A stretch of DNA of 64,000 nt from assembly GCA_951406725.2 (NCBI GenBank), contig OX597821.1, positions 22,506,001 to 22,570,000 on the forward strand, read 5' to 3'. Source of the DNA: Octopus vulgaris. Its lineage: Eukaryota. Below the pieces are notes generated by a model. That model ran no database searches and was not told the DNA's origin. It saw only the letters and a program-made list of their open reading frames with translations. This document shows, one piece after another, positions 1 to 14,175 of the stretch. The translations under genes were made by a program, and so were the position numbers. Positions within the stretch are counted from its first letter, which is position 1. Every line of letters starts with the position of its first letter.

Positions 1-2127
1 TCTGTAAATTTTATAGATGCAGGCATGGCTGTGTGGTCAAGAAGTTCGTTTCTCAACCATTTGGTTTCAGGTTCAGCCAAACTGCATGGCTTCTATTATA
101 GCCCCCAGATCAACCAAAGCCTTGTGAATGTATTTGGCTGATGGTAATTGGAAGAAACCTATATTTGTGTGTGTGTGTGTGTGCGCACATTTTTGTCTTG
201 GTATCACATGATAGTTGTAAGCTGGTGTTGCTGTTATCTAGATAGTGTCATTGATTTCCAGTCTTCCATGAAAACCTGACCAATATTGGGAAGATATTAG
301 TTTGCTTGGAAACAGGAAAAGGTTAGCAAGAAGAAAGGCAGCCAACCATAGAAATTCTGACTAAAAGTCTGCAGTCATGGGAAAATGGATGTTAAATTGG
401 GAGTGATAGCAGATAGCAGTTTGCATTGCTCAGTTTTATAGCATGGTTGGTCCAAGAGTCCTAACAATACAGGGAGTATAAACAGGTGAGACTGTGGAGG
501 ATACAACTCGTCTGGGGTATCAGTCATAAGAGTGTTGGATAGAATGCTTGATGTTTTTTCTAACTCTCTTCATCTTGAGTTCAAATCCAACCAAAGTAAA
601 CTTTGCCTTTCAACCTTTCGGAGTTTTATAAACTCTGAAAGGTTGAAAGGCAAAAATAAAAATATGCCAATCATAGATAGGATGGTACATTGGCAGGGTT
701 GTTAGAGAATCAAGCAAGATACCTTGTGTCTGTTCTGGCCTCCTTTGTGGTCTAACATCCATATCTTCAACACTGGCACCACTGGTGCTTGTCCAAGTTG
801 GCAGCATTTGCCTGGGACAAAGATCAGTGGCATGGAGATGAGAAACTTACATATATCATTCCTCAGAAAAGTCTTACCCAAGCCTGCAAGTACCAGGTTG
901 TCAGTCACCAAAGGAGGCCCTAAAATGTGGTATTGACTTGTAATAATACAGGTCAGTAAGAAGTACAATTAAATTCTGACATCAATCACTTCTCTCTCTC
1001 TCTTTCAAAGCTTTTCTCTCATCTCCACATCTCGCTCCTTATATCTCTTACTTCAACTGCCTCCTCATATTCTTACTTTCTCACCTAACTTTAAATCACT
1101 TCAGCCTTATTTTATTTTTAAAGTTTGCCAGCTATCTTATAAAAAATGTCAGACATTTTACTCAACACTTAAATTCTTTCTTTTGTTGTCTATGCAGATC
1201 CTTGCTATTTTCCCCATATCCAAGATTATGGCACTTAAATATTGCACAGCTCTTCTGGGGTATCAGAGTCATAAAGGTGTTGGATAGAATGCTTGATGAT
1301 GTTTTCTGGTCAACTGGAATTTATTTTTATCGACCCCCAAAAGGATGGAAGGCAAAATTGATCCTAGCAGAATTTAAACGTAAAGACGAATGAAATACTA
1401 CTAAGCATTTTGCCCTGTATGCTAACGATTCTGCCAGCTCACTACCTTTTTTTTTTTCATACACTTTAATATTATACATACAGTAGAGAATACTCTCTTT
1501 CTCTTTTATTTGTTTCAGTCATTTGACTGCGGCCATGCTGGAGTACCACCTTTAATCGAGCAACTCGACCCTGGGACTTATTCTTTTGTAAGCCCAGTAC
1601 TTATTCTATCGGTTTCTTTTGCCAAACCGCTAAGTAACTGGGACATAAACATACCAGCATTGGTTGTCAAGCAATGCTAGGGGGACAAACACACACACAC
1701 ACATATATGTATATATATATATACACACATATATACGACGGGCTTCTTTCAGTTTCCGTCTACTAAATCCACTCACAAGACTTTGGTCGGCCCAAGGCTA
1801 TAGTAGAAGACACTAGCTCAAGGTGCCACGCAGTGGGACTGAACCCGGAACCATGTTGTTGGTAAACAAGCTACTTACCACACAGCCACTCCTGTGCCTA
1901 TTTCTTCATTTCTCTTCATTTCTTGCTAATCTTCACAAATGCTCTGCATTCAAAACCCAGGTCTCACTGTCATGGAGTATCACACTTCTGACTCAAGCAT
2001 CATCCAGTCTGCTCTTCACTCTGATGGAGAAACTGTATGAGTTCCTTAAACTATTTCAACCCAGTTCTTGCATACTCATATTAGTATGCTTTCAGGAACA
2101 CTTACCCTCATTGCTAATTAGGTCATA

Positions 2128-3303
2128 TCTCTTATTATAAAAGGCAGATTTTATCTGCCTCCCTTTGGGAGTTATACAAATCTACAATATAGGATTTCTT
2201 CAATTACAATTTACCTAGCATTTTTGAGAGTACAATGCATCGCGTCATGCCAGGTCCAGTTTTTAAAATTTAAACTCCAATTAAGCAAAATTTACAGAAA
2301 ACTCACATTCTGGTGTGTGTCAAATGCTTTTCTTAGTCTGGTTTACACCACACGCAAACGCACACACACAGTGTGCGACGAATAAAATGAAAGTAAATGT
2401 AATATTTGTTTCTGTCTATCACGCTGATAGATACATGAGTAAAATGTATGGGAAGCTAACAGATAACAGTGAGTGAAAATGTTCTTGGAAGAGAGTAAAT
2501 TAGCGACAGAGTGATTTGAGCAAGACTAAACTGAAAGTATGAAACAGTGTTTATGTATAAACAGACGACACTTATATAAACCCTTTCGTTACCAAACCGC
2601 CCGAATTTACCTATTCATATTTAAATGAGAATATCAGAGTAAATCTCTTTAGTACATTCGTGAAAACACGTATTATACTTCGTAAACACTTCAAATACAG
2701 TTTTGTACAAAAATCGAAGTGTAATTTTAATTCCGTGAATTATGGGAGATTTTTTTCCGAAATTTGTTCCTATTGCGTTTTCAAAATTTGTAATTCTGAC
2801 AAAAAATGGATACGAATTTCATTATATCAAGCAGCGAGTCAGAATTCGAAGGATTTTCTACTGAAGACCTTCATAAATCTAACTCTATGACTGAAAAAAA
2901 ATAAGCATCTTTATATAAGAGTGAAGTTGTGTGTCTGTCCCCTTCGATTTAGATTCGTAACTACTCCCACATTTTGCCGTGCAGTTTAACCAAAAGCGGG
3001 TATCTTTTAGTCGTGATTCATATCGAGCCCTTCTGGGTATTAGTGGGCGTCTACGATGAGTCTACGATTTAAAAAAAAATTACCATCATATTTTTCCATT
3101 TGAATGCATTTTTTTCGCTTTTATATAAGGGAAGTAACTCTCTAAAAATATCTACGATGTGTCAACGATTTAAAAAAAAATTTTACCTTAATTTTTTTTC
3201 AATTTTTTATGCATTTTTTTGCTATTTTTTGGCTATAACTCTCTAAAAATGCTTATATAGTTATTTCCCTTACAACCCGAGCAACGCCGGGCGATACTGC
3301 TAG
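2128..3303 (+). mobile_element. Non-autonomous Helitron (composite, two 5' ends)
   Basis: A|TC starts at 2128 (TCTCTTATTATAAAAG) and 2908 (TCTTTATATAAGAGTGAAGTTGTGTGTCTGT); 3' hairpin CCCGAGCAACGCCGGG then CTAG|T at 3300-3304; no TSD, as expected for Helitrons. Confidence 0.75.
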
Positions 3304-3536
3304 TAAGTAATAAAACTATCAACTACTTAAGAGAGCCTTCCAGACATTCACGATAATCTAATTCCTGTTTGCTTTGCTGTTGGTGCTTATCATATGGCTG
3401 TTGATAAGAAGTCTATCTCCTTCTTTATACCATAATTATGATCCCACTACACCTCTTGTATGTCTACAGATGTAAATTTCAATCTAATTCCTTTCTGAGT
3501 ATATAAAGCATGGTCATTTCCTAGATGGTATTAATA

Positions 3537-3944
3537 GGCGCAGGAGTGGCTGTGTGGTAAGTAGCTTGCTAACCAACCACATGGTTCCGGGTTCAGTCCC
3601 ACTGCGTGGCATCTCGGGCAAGTGTCTTCTGCTATAGCCCCGGGCCGACCAATGCCTTGTGAGTGGATTTGGTAGACGGAAAATTGAAAGAAGCCTGTCG
3701 TATATATGTATATATATATATATGTATGTGTGTATTTGTGTGTCTGTGTTTGTCCCCCTAGCATTGCTTGACAACCGATGCTGGTGTGTTTACGTCCCCG
3801 TTACTTAGCGGTTCGGCAAAAGAGACCGATGGAATAAGTACTGGGCTTACAAAGAATAAGTCCCGGGGTCGATTTGCTCGACTAAAGGCGGTGCTCTAGC
3901 ATGGCCACAGTCAAATGACTGAAACAAGTAAAAGAGTAAAGAGA
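3537..3944 (+). mobile_element. tRNA-derived SINE family A (about 400 bp), representative full copy
   Basis: A box TGGCTGTGTGG, B box GGTTCAGTCCC, internal (TA)n(TG)n, (GAGTAAA)n tail. Other + copies at about 4166-4530, 5088-5426 (internal deletion), 9258-9420, 12295-12683, 33554-33951, 44382-44800, 51250-51420, 60478-60830. Confidence 0.9.
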
Positions 3945-4555
3945 GAGAGCTCTGTCTTATGTCCTTACTTGCTATAAGTCTACGGCCTGCTAGATTTGCT
4001 TTTGAGTCCAGGTTTTGCTTCCATAGTTTAGAATTTCTTGTGCCAATAATATACTAGAGATTTAGCTACAAGAAGCATTTCATTAACATGAAGGAGTTGT
4101 ACTGAGTAGAATGCAGGCCAGCCGACCATCAGGCCCCTACACACATGTGTGTTTTTTTATACATGGGCGTAGCGTGACTGTGTGGCAAGAAGTTTGCTTC
4201 CCAGCCACATGGTTCCGGGTTCAGTTCCACTGCATGCTACCTTGGGCAAGTGTCTTCTACTATAGCCTCAGGCTGACTAAAGCCTTGTGAATGGATTTGG
4301 TAGGCTGAAACTGAAAGAAGCTTGTGTGTATATATATATTTGTGTGTGTCTGTGCTTGTCCTCCCACCATCACTTGACATATGGAGACGTACACACACCA
4401 ACATCATAACTTAGTAGTTCGGCAAAAGAGACCAATAGAGTAAGTACTAGGCTTACAAATCCTGGGGTTGATTTATTCGACTGAAGGTGGTGCTCCAGCA
4501 TGGCCGCAGTCAAATGACTGAAATAAGTAAATAGCTGAAATGACGTGTGTATGTA

Positions 4556-4617
<62 letters not shown>

Positions 4618-4917
4618 CACACATACACACAAGTATGTTGATGCAAACAGGAAAAATAGAACTCAAAATATGAGTATATGTAAATTTTTATTATTTAGTA
4701 GAAGTGACAGTGACTCAAGGTCCAAGAGTTTTGTGCATTGGCAATTATCAAACTTTGATAAGTTCAAATGCACAAAGGCCGACATTAAATGATGATGATG
4801 ATGATGATATATATATATATAGAGAGAGAGAGGTGGCAGGGGGAGGGAGAAAAGATGGAAAGCAATTATCACAGTAATTCATTTATATGAGATGTTACAA
4901 CATTCATTTTCCATAGG

Positions 4918-4973
<56 letters not shown>

Positions 4974-6299
4974 TTCTCTGTTTTTCAACACTACAAAAGG
5001 TGTTTTCTCAACATGATTACCAGTTTTCAGGCTTTCAGCTATGTATCTGCTTTAACTATGATATATATATATATATATATATATATAGGCACAGGAGTGG
5101 CTGTGTGGTAAGTAGCTTGCTAACCAGCCACATGTTTCTGGGTTCAGTCCCACTGCGTGGCATCTTGGGCAAGTGTCTTCTGCTATAGCCCCGGGTCGAC
5201 CAATGCCTTGTGAGTGGATTTGGTAGACGGAAACTGCCCCCTAGCATTGCTTGACTACCGATGCTGGTGTGTTTACGTCTCCGTCACTTAGCGGTTTGGC
5301 AAAAGAGACCGATAGAATAAGTACTGGGCTTACAAAGAATAAGTCCCGGGGTCGATATGCTCGACTAAAGGCGGCGCTCCAGCATGGCCGCAGTCAAATG
5401 ACTGAAACAACTAAAAGAGTAAGAGTATATATATATATATATATGGTGTTGAGAGTGAGTATGTATTTGAAATTACAAACTAGAGTAAAAACTGCAATGA
5501 ATTTAGGATGTCTAGGATACTACTTCTGCTCGTTATGTTACTGTGTGTTTATGTGTATGTATATCTATGGGTATGTGTGTACATGTTTGTATCTATAGCT
5601 TTGTGTGTGCATGCATGCGTGGTCGTTACCATTTCCGTTAACCAACTATGTAATAACAATAGTCATTATAGTTGCTAGTAGAAATAGTCAATTATGCCAA
5701 TCCCAATCTATCCAGTACATGACAACCTCTTGAAAAGAAAAAAATTAAATAAATAAATAAATAACTAAAATACTTCTTCTAGAATTTTCTCTAAGTAGTA
5801 ATTCCTCAGTACCTGCTCAGGTAGTAATAAAATGGTGGGTTGGGTAGTTCTTGGTATTTCTCCCCATTTTAAGGAGTTGGGGAGAATAATGCAGAGCATT
5901 GATTGTGGTATGGGGAAGGGGGTTGCCTGTAGCAGAGGAAGAGGAACAAGATGTGATTTTTAGGCTCCTTTCAACTCTGATGCCAAGCAAATCACTTTGA
6001 AATGTAATACTGACTCTGTCTCACTACTTCTTCCTCCTCCCCCCCTCTCTCTGTCTCCTCCACCAGACCTCATACAGAATTCTGTGGAATTTCTTTATCA
6101 CTAGAAGTCTCTATCATTTCCCCTCCCCTCTATGTATATAGCCTTAGCCTGGATCCTGAAACACTGTTGACATATCAAAATGTGGTGGTGCTGGTGATAG
6201 TGTCACGGAAATTAATTTTGAACACCAAAATCTGTTCATTCACCCCCCAAACACACATGAACCTCTCCCCACCACTGCCCATCATGCTAATATATACAC

Positions 6300-6501
6300 C
6301 AGTGCTTTTCAACATTTTTGCTGGAGCGGAACCCCAAGGAAACATTCCACTGGCTCGAGGAACCCCTGTGCAATAATTTAATAGTCTTTTGCACACATAT
6401 CTGCACAGGAGAATTAAAAATAACTGCTGATTTTAGCAGTTTTGTAACTTCTTGCGGAACCCCTGGACTGTACTGGCGGAACCCTGGTTGAAAACCCACT
6501 G
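6300..6501. mobile_element. hAT-type MITE
   Basis: TIRs CAGTGCTTTTCAAC / GTTGAAAACCCACTG; perfect 8-bp TSD ATATACAC (6292-6299, 6502-6509). Confidence 0.9.
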
Positions 6502-7423
6502 ATATACACAATCGCACATGCACTGTAACATAAATACGCTCTTAACACGCTTCTACAAAGACTTGCATGTATGCGGATTCTCATACATTCACATGCTTAC
6601 TGTTATACCATTCACTCAGAATATATATATGGACTCACGGGGATCTTTCTATCATCATCATCATACTCTTGTTTCAGTCATTTGACTGTGGCCATGCTGG
6701 AGCACCGCCTTTAGTCGAGCAAATCGACCCCAGGACTTATTCTTTGTAAGCCCAGTACTTATTCTATCAGTCTCTTTTGCTGAACCGCTAAGTAACGGGG
6801 ACGTAAGCACACCAGCATCGGTAGTCAAGCAATGCTAGGGGGACAAAGACAGACACACAAACACATACACACATACATATATATATACATACATATATAC
6901 GACAGGCTTCTTTCAGTTTCCGTCTACCAAATCCACTCACAAGGCATTGGTTGGCCCGGGGCTGTAGCAGAAGACACTTGCCCAAGATGCCACGCAGTGG
7001 GACTGAACCCGGAACCATGTGGTTGGTTAGCAAGCTACTTACCACAAAGCCACATCATCTTTTAACATCCACTTTCTATGCTGGCATGGGTTGGGTGGTT
7101 TGACAGGAGCTGGTGAGTCAGAGAGCTGTGCCAAACTCTGTCCGGTTTGGCATAGTTTCTAGTCAGATACCCTTCTTTATGCCAACCACTTTACACAGCA
7201 TACTGGATGCTTTTTACGTGGCACTAGCACTAAGTAGTGAAGTAATTTGCAAGACAAGACTCTCGGGGAGAGCAAGGAGAAGTACTGTGGGAGGTGGCTT
7301 TGTACCAGGTGATGAGAGGTAGCATGATAGAGAGATAGAAACAGGTGTCTTCCTGTAGAGGAGATACATGGCTACCCCAATGGGAAAACGAGGAGAGAAT
7401 AGATGGTGAAGAAAATATATATG

Positions 7424-7455
<32 letters not shown>

Positions 7456-7804
7456 GCTGATATATATATATATATATATATATAGCTGATATATATACAT
7501 ACATATATATATATATATATACATACATATATATATATATATACATACATATATATATATATACACATACATACATATATATATATGCACATACATACAT
7601 ACATATATATATATATAAGAAATATTGAATTTCTATATCTCTCGTAGAGACATGTACGGTGGTGGGGCGATAGAATGGTTGTATACTGTCAATCTAACAA
7701 GAACGTGACAGTAGGAGGTACACCACCGCTGTATAGCCCTAGGAAGCATCGAACGCCTCCTGATGGCTTTGACACATTTTTCCCTGTTTCCTTATATATT
7801 TATA

Positions 7805-7869
7805 TTACATATATATATATACATATATATATGTATATATATACATATATGTATATATATACATATATA

Positions 7870-7900
<31 letters not shown>

Positions 7901-8214
7901 ATGTATATATATGTATATATATATACATATGTATATATATATATACATATGTATATATATACATATATATGTATATATATACAAATATATATGTGTATAT
8001 ATATACAAATATATATGTGTATATATATACATATATATATGTATATATATACAAATATATATGTATATATATACATATATATGTATATATATACATATAT
8101 ATATGTATATATATATATAATATATATGTATATATATATACATATATATGTATATATATATAAATATATATGTATATATATATAAATATATATGTATATA
8201 TATACATATATATG

Positions 8215-8260
<46 letters not shown>

Positions 8261-8366
8261 CATATATACACATATATACACATATATATATACATATATA
8301 CACATATACACATATATATACATATATACATATATATACACATATATATATACATATATATACACA

Positions 8367-8398
<32 letters not shown>

Positions 8399-8471
8399 CA
8401 TATATATACATATATATATATACATATATATTACATATATATATACACACATATATACAATATATATACAC

Positions 8472-8516
<45 letters not shown>

Positions 8517-8525
8517 TATACACAC

Positions 8526-8556
<31 letters not shown>

Positions 8557-8561
8557 TATAC

Positions 8562-8594
<33 letters not shown>

Positions 8595-8772
8595 AATACA
8601 CATATATATATATATACACACACACACACATATACACATATATATATATACACACACATATATATATATATACACACATATATATACACATATATATATA
8701 TACACACATATATATACACACATATATATACACATTCATATATATATAGAGAGAGAGATAGATAGATAGATA
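7805..8772. repeat. About 970-bp compound (TA)n/(TACA)n/(CA)n microsatellite
   Basis: Direct reading; source of the many YIYI/HTHI ORFs. Confidence 0.95.
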
Positions 8773-9474
8773 GTTGAAGTATTGAGGAAGGCAAACAATT
8801 AGTCGTGGTGGGACTATGGCACTTAAATTTATTTAATTCAATCTAAAAATAGTATAGTAATACAAAACTGGTAAAGATAGTAGAGATAGTCTCTGATAGC
8901 TATTTCTGTGATATCCTGGTTTTTGGATCATCAGAACGCTGGGTTATCTTGACCTAAACTCCTCATATCTTCTCTGTGTGTGTGTATGTGTGTGCGTACG
9001 TACGGATGTACATGTTGTATGTGTATATATATATGTGTATACATATATATTGTTGTTGGTATCCTTTTTGTCTCGGGAGACAATGGAGTTGCGCATAAAG
9101 TAGTCTAGTCCGGCTTTTACATTTCATGTCCCAATACATTTCCTGCTGTGGCTGTGTAGTCCTATCCTGGACAAACACTCCCTCTGGCTGGTGCTGCAAA
9201 TGTAGCGGAGACTTTGCCTGGCTGGTTGTAATGTCAATATATATATATATAGACATTGGAGTGGCTGTGTGGTAAGTAGCTTGCTTACAAACCACATGGT
9301 TCCGGGTTCAGTCCCACTACGTGGCACCTTGGGCAAGTGTCTTGTACTATAGCCTCGGGCCAACCAAAGCCTTGTGAGTGGATTTGGTAGACGTAAAACT
9401 GAAAGAAGCCCATTGTATATATGTATATATATATATATATATATCAAAATAAGCAACAAGGATATCCAGAGGTA

Positions 9475-9563
9475 ATGCAGTATGATCGTTTCATGCGACT
9501 CCATTTAATTGAACAATGCAAATATTACATCAATTTAAAATGTAGAGCAATCTTCAGCTGCAT
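9475..9563 (-). ncRNA. Type-I hammerhead ribozyme motif (slightly degenerate)
   Basis: Minus strand reads AUGCAG-CUGAAGA-(long imperfect stem II)-GAAA-C GAUC A-UA^-CUGCAU: 6-bp stem I, with a C:A mismatch in stem III. Confidence 0.6.
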
Positions 9564-10074
9564 AAAAATATAGAATTTAGTTAAATTCAAAGGATTCATT
9601 TGTATACAGATGCAGCACGAAATTTTGTCAGTGAACAGGTCGCGGTCTCAAAGCGACGAAAATATTTTGACAAATTAAATTTAAAAGTTGAAGTGAATCT
9701 AACGGTTTTTGTGTGTTTCTTAAATGGCATATAAACACCTTCCATGCTGCAATTGTTTTCATTCCACCACACAATCTCAGATCAAGTCACTCGCTGTGCA
9801 AGTACATCTCCGTAATTCATTTGTATAGTTTTCTTATTATCCAAAATCACAAAGAGGATAAGACATGTTTTATCAACAACATCACATTTGTAACTGAGAT
9901 TTTTTCAAAGGAAGACAATGCTTATTATTGATTATATTTGTTATTCAGATTTAATAGTGGGAGTGGAGGGGTTAGTTTTAATTTATAAACTAGTTTATCA
10001 AATCTAATAGAAACTAGAATCTATCCTTTATGGATAGGGTAAAAAGACAGTTTAAGTGGCAGAGTCATAAATCA

Positions 10075-10372
10075 AGATTTCTTTGAAGTAAAAACCCACT
10101 CCATTTGCCTGATCTAACACCTACAGACTTTCGTCTCTTTCCCAAAACGAAACTGCAGCTCAAAGGTTGCCATTTTAACATTGTCAAAATCCAGAGCAAA
10201 TCGCAGAAGGTCCTCAACTCATGGGAAACAACTTCTAGGCCAGATTCCAAAGGTGGCAGGAACACTGGGACTGGTGTATTACTGTGCAAGGGGACGATGT
10301 TAAAACTTATGTAAATAAGTTATTTTTTATTAAACATAACTAGTCCGGCAACTTTTTGATACCAACTTGTGT
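10075..10372 (+). mobile_element. Mariner transposase 3' remnant
   Basis: ORF 10105-10314 PDLTPTDFRLFPKTKLQLKGCHF resembles the mariner SPDLAPxDFxLFPKLK motif; followed by a TIR-like end CCGGCAACTTTTTGATACC. Confidence 0.7.
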
Positions 10373-11691
10373 ATTGAGTTCTTCTTTGAACTTGGTCTTC
10401 TCACTTGTATATCGACCATACTACTCAAACACGTACACACAAGCACTGTTAGTAATAACTAGACACACTGTCCTTGCAAAGGCACATCTTAACCCTTTTG
10501 ATTTCAACCTTCCTGTGACTGCCTCTGGTTTGGCTCTGATGATACAAACTTCTTTGTTTTAAAATAATTTGACCCTTTAGCATTCAGACTATTCTGTCAA
10601 ATGTAATATTTTAAAATTTATATTGTTTTGAATTAATCAAGCATTATCTTATTTCAAGATTTTGATAGTGTGGTTGTTTATTTTTAGAATGACATTATAG
10701 GATAGGTGGGAGAGGCCAGATCTGGTCAGTTTGATCATAAAACATGTAGACTATAATTTGGCCGATACGGTCGGTTTAAATGTCAAATTTCGTGTTCAAT
10801 TGTTCCATGCACCAGCTTAATGACAACAAAGCTTTTTTACTAAACGCTTCATTAATTGAAACAAAGGCAGCAAATTTCACCAAAAAGAGGGTAACAAAAG
10901 GGTTAATTCATCAACTCAGGGCATTTTATCTTCGTGTAGCTGTTTGTGTGATTATGTGTAAGAAAGATAGAGTGGTACTTATGAACTTATTCACACAGAC
11001 ATTTCACAAGCACAGAAACACACGTATATTTTAGTGAGCTTTATATATATATTTCTTTACTACCTACAAGGGGCTAAACACAGAGGGGACAAACAAGGAC
11101 AGACAAACGGATTAAGTCGGTTACATCGACCCCAGTGAACTGGTACTTAATTTATCGGCCCCGAAAGGCAAAGTCGACCTCGGCGGAATTTGAACTCAGA
11201 AAGTAGCGGCAGACGAAATACGGCTACGCATTTCGCCCGGCGTGCTAACGTTTCTGCCAGCTCGCCGCCTACATAAAGTGGGCTTTCTATATAATTTCCT
11301 TGTGGCTATTCTATGTGTGTGTGTGTGCACATACACATGAACAATTCAACTAAATACACCCAGCCATAATGCCATTCTAAAACTATGTGAACTGTGTAAG
11401 TAGATTCCAGCAAGACCTCAAGAATTATTGGTGTTGACTCACCATATTATTTTTATTTTCTACTTACCTACTTTTACATTCCTCTTTCCTCTTGTTTCTC
11501 TCCTTTTCTCATTTTTCAGCTATACACACATTAAAGGTCTCCCACACATACACATACAAATATTTATTTATATCTGTATACACTTACATGGGCAAGCCCT
11601 TCATTATCCTCCATGCACTTTTGATTTTCTCCCCTATTGTTGGGAAAATTAGTTGCTCACACATCACTAAACATAGTCTCTCTTGCTCTCT

Positions 11692-11759
<68 letters not shown>

Positions 11760-11985
11760 TTTCTATATAGCCATCTCCCTCTTTCACCACTACAATACAG
11801 GTTGAACTTGAAATGTCAATCAACTTGTCATTACATTAACCATGGCATATATGTATATATATATATATACACACACATATACATACGTACATACATAGGG
11901 AAGACAGACATTAAACGACAATGATGATGATATACACACACACATAAATATTTATATATACCCACATGTTTATTCATTCATCTAT

Positions 11986-12028
<43 letters not shown>

Positions 12029-12030
12029 AT

Positions 12031-12163
12031 ATGATTTAACTTATTCAGAGTTCAACAAATTCATTCATATTTACATACAGGAGATTAGATGTTAACATCT
12101 AATCTCCTCCATTTATGTAAATATGAATGAATTTGTTGGGCTCTGTTTAATAATTTAAATCGT
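12031..12163. repeat. Loop-less palindrome, about 130 bp
   Basis: Centre between 12093 and 12094; perfect 30-bp core AGGAGATTAGATGTT|AACATCTAATCTCCT; imperfect arms extend outward. Confidence 0.85.
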
Positions 12164-13531
12164 TCACTTAATACGTCTATATAACTTTCCATACCTACAC
12201 TAATTTACACTAGTAAATTCAAAAGTAAAGTATGAAGAAACATCAGAAATCTTTTGAAAATTATTCCAGTTAAAGGAAGAATTCACATTCAAAAGGCGCA
12301 GGAGTGGCTGTGTGGTAAGTAGCTTGCTGACCAACCACATGGTTCCGGGTTCAGTCCCACTGCGTGGTATCTTGGGCAAGTGTCTTCTACTATAGCTCAG
12401 GGCTGACCAATGCCTTGTGGGTGGATTTGGTAGACGGAGGCTGAAAGAAGCCTGTCGTATATATGTATATATATATATGTGTGTGTTTGTGTGTGTCCCC
12501 CTAGCATTGCTTGACAACCGATGCTGGTGTGTTTACGTCCCCATCACTTAGCGGTTCGGCAAAAGCGACCGATAGAATAAGTACTGGGCTTACGAAGAAT
12601 AAGTCCCGGGGCCGATTTGCTCGACTAAAGGCAGTGCTCCAGCATGGCCGCAGTCAAATGATTGAAACAAGTAAAAGAGTAAAGCGTATATATATAAACT
12701 TATATATATGGTCAATGCCAGGCCTGCCTGACTGGTTCCATGCTGGTGGCACATAAAAAGCACCATTTGAATATGGCCGATGCCAGTGCCTCCTGCCTGG
12801 CTCCCGTGCCGGTGGCATGTAAAAAGCACTATCTGAACATGATTGATGCCAGGGCCACCTGACTGTCACTTGTGCTGGTGATACCTAAAAAGCACCATCC
12901 GAACGTGGCCTATGCCAGTGCCCCCATGACTGGCTTCCATGCTGGTGGTACGTAAAAAGCACCCACTGCACTCTTGGAGTAGTTGGCATTAGGAAGGGCA
13001 TCCATCTATAGAAACATTTGTCAGATCAGATTGCAACCTGGTGCAGCTCCTGGCTCTCCAGACATCAGTCAAACCACCCAACCCATGCCAGCATGGAAAA
13101 CGGAGGTTAAATGATGATGATATATATTACTTAGTGCTGTCATTCCATATTTCATTTACAACATCCCACTGAATAATGCAATCATCCAACAGTCTGGTTA
13201 GTGGGGCCTTGTAAGTTGACTTGGTGTAATTACACCTATCTACCCACAGTGAGAAATTTTCTCCACAACAAAGTACAGTGAATGGCTTTTCATTAAGGTT
13301 TTGAATGTGCCTCAAGCATATTTGAACTGGTAACAAGTTTGGGTGTGTGTGTGTAAATAAATAAATAAATATATAACAGTGCAAATAATTCACGAGAAAA
13401 TATTTGCAAAGACATCATTGACTCTCTTATTATCTGGTGTAACAATTTGAAAATGATAATAACAGTAACAATAAGAGTTTTGACTGTTATTTCCAGCAGG
13501 TAGACATACCTAGTAAGTCTTTAATTAATTT

Positions 13532-13569
<38 letters not shown>

Positions 13570-14070
13570 AAGTTTTATTTAGCATGACAAGTGTTTGGGC
13601 GTTTACATCTGCACTGCTCCCTAATGGGTGGGGAATTATATAATGGAATCGAATGCACTTAATCAAAGAAATCCAAAATCTTCGAACATTGTAACATATT
13701 ATATAACTTGATGAGGTCTCTTCTGCACTGTGGGGTGCATTCAAATCCCTTTTATTGTACCCCACCCACCAGGGAGCAGTGCAGATATAAGCCGAAACGA
13801 TCATCAAACTAAATAAAGCTTACAGTACACTCCGTCTTCTCAATCAATTATTTAAAATATACTAAGCGTGCACTAAGGAATTTCTTAGGTAGATCCTTCA
13901 ACTAAAGTGCAGTGCTGCAGGTGATGCCTGGTAGGTGTATGTGGTCAACATGCTCTCAAGACACACTACTAGGGACATACCCAAACAAGGTTTGGATAAT
14001 ACATTTTAAAGTCTCCTATCTAAACTTTAATTTTAAACATAACCTCTATATCTATCTATCTATCTATCTA

Positions 14071-14109
<39 letters not shown>

Positions 14110-14175
14110 CACCCAACTGTTTGACTGTGAATCCCAAGACATGAAGGAATTGCCCATGTCAAATTTACATATATA

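Noticed and set aside
3514-3774. Recurrent ORFs such as MPRSGTEPGTMWLVSKLLTTQPLL and MTTDAGVFTSPSLSG...
   Set aside because: Chance frames within SINE family A; they recur because the SINE does.
7675-8794. Long ORFs up to 329 aa ([12 protein letters not shown]-rich)
   Set aside because: Stop-free translations of (TA)n/(CA)n microsatellite in several frames and both strands; the same applies to ORFs near 46.7, 53.8-54.4 and 57.0-57.6 kb.
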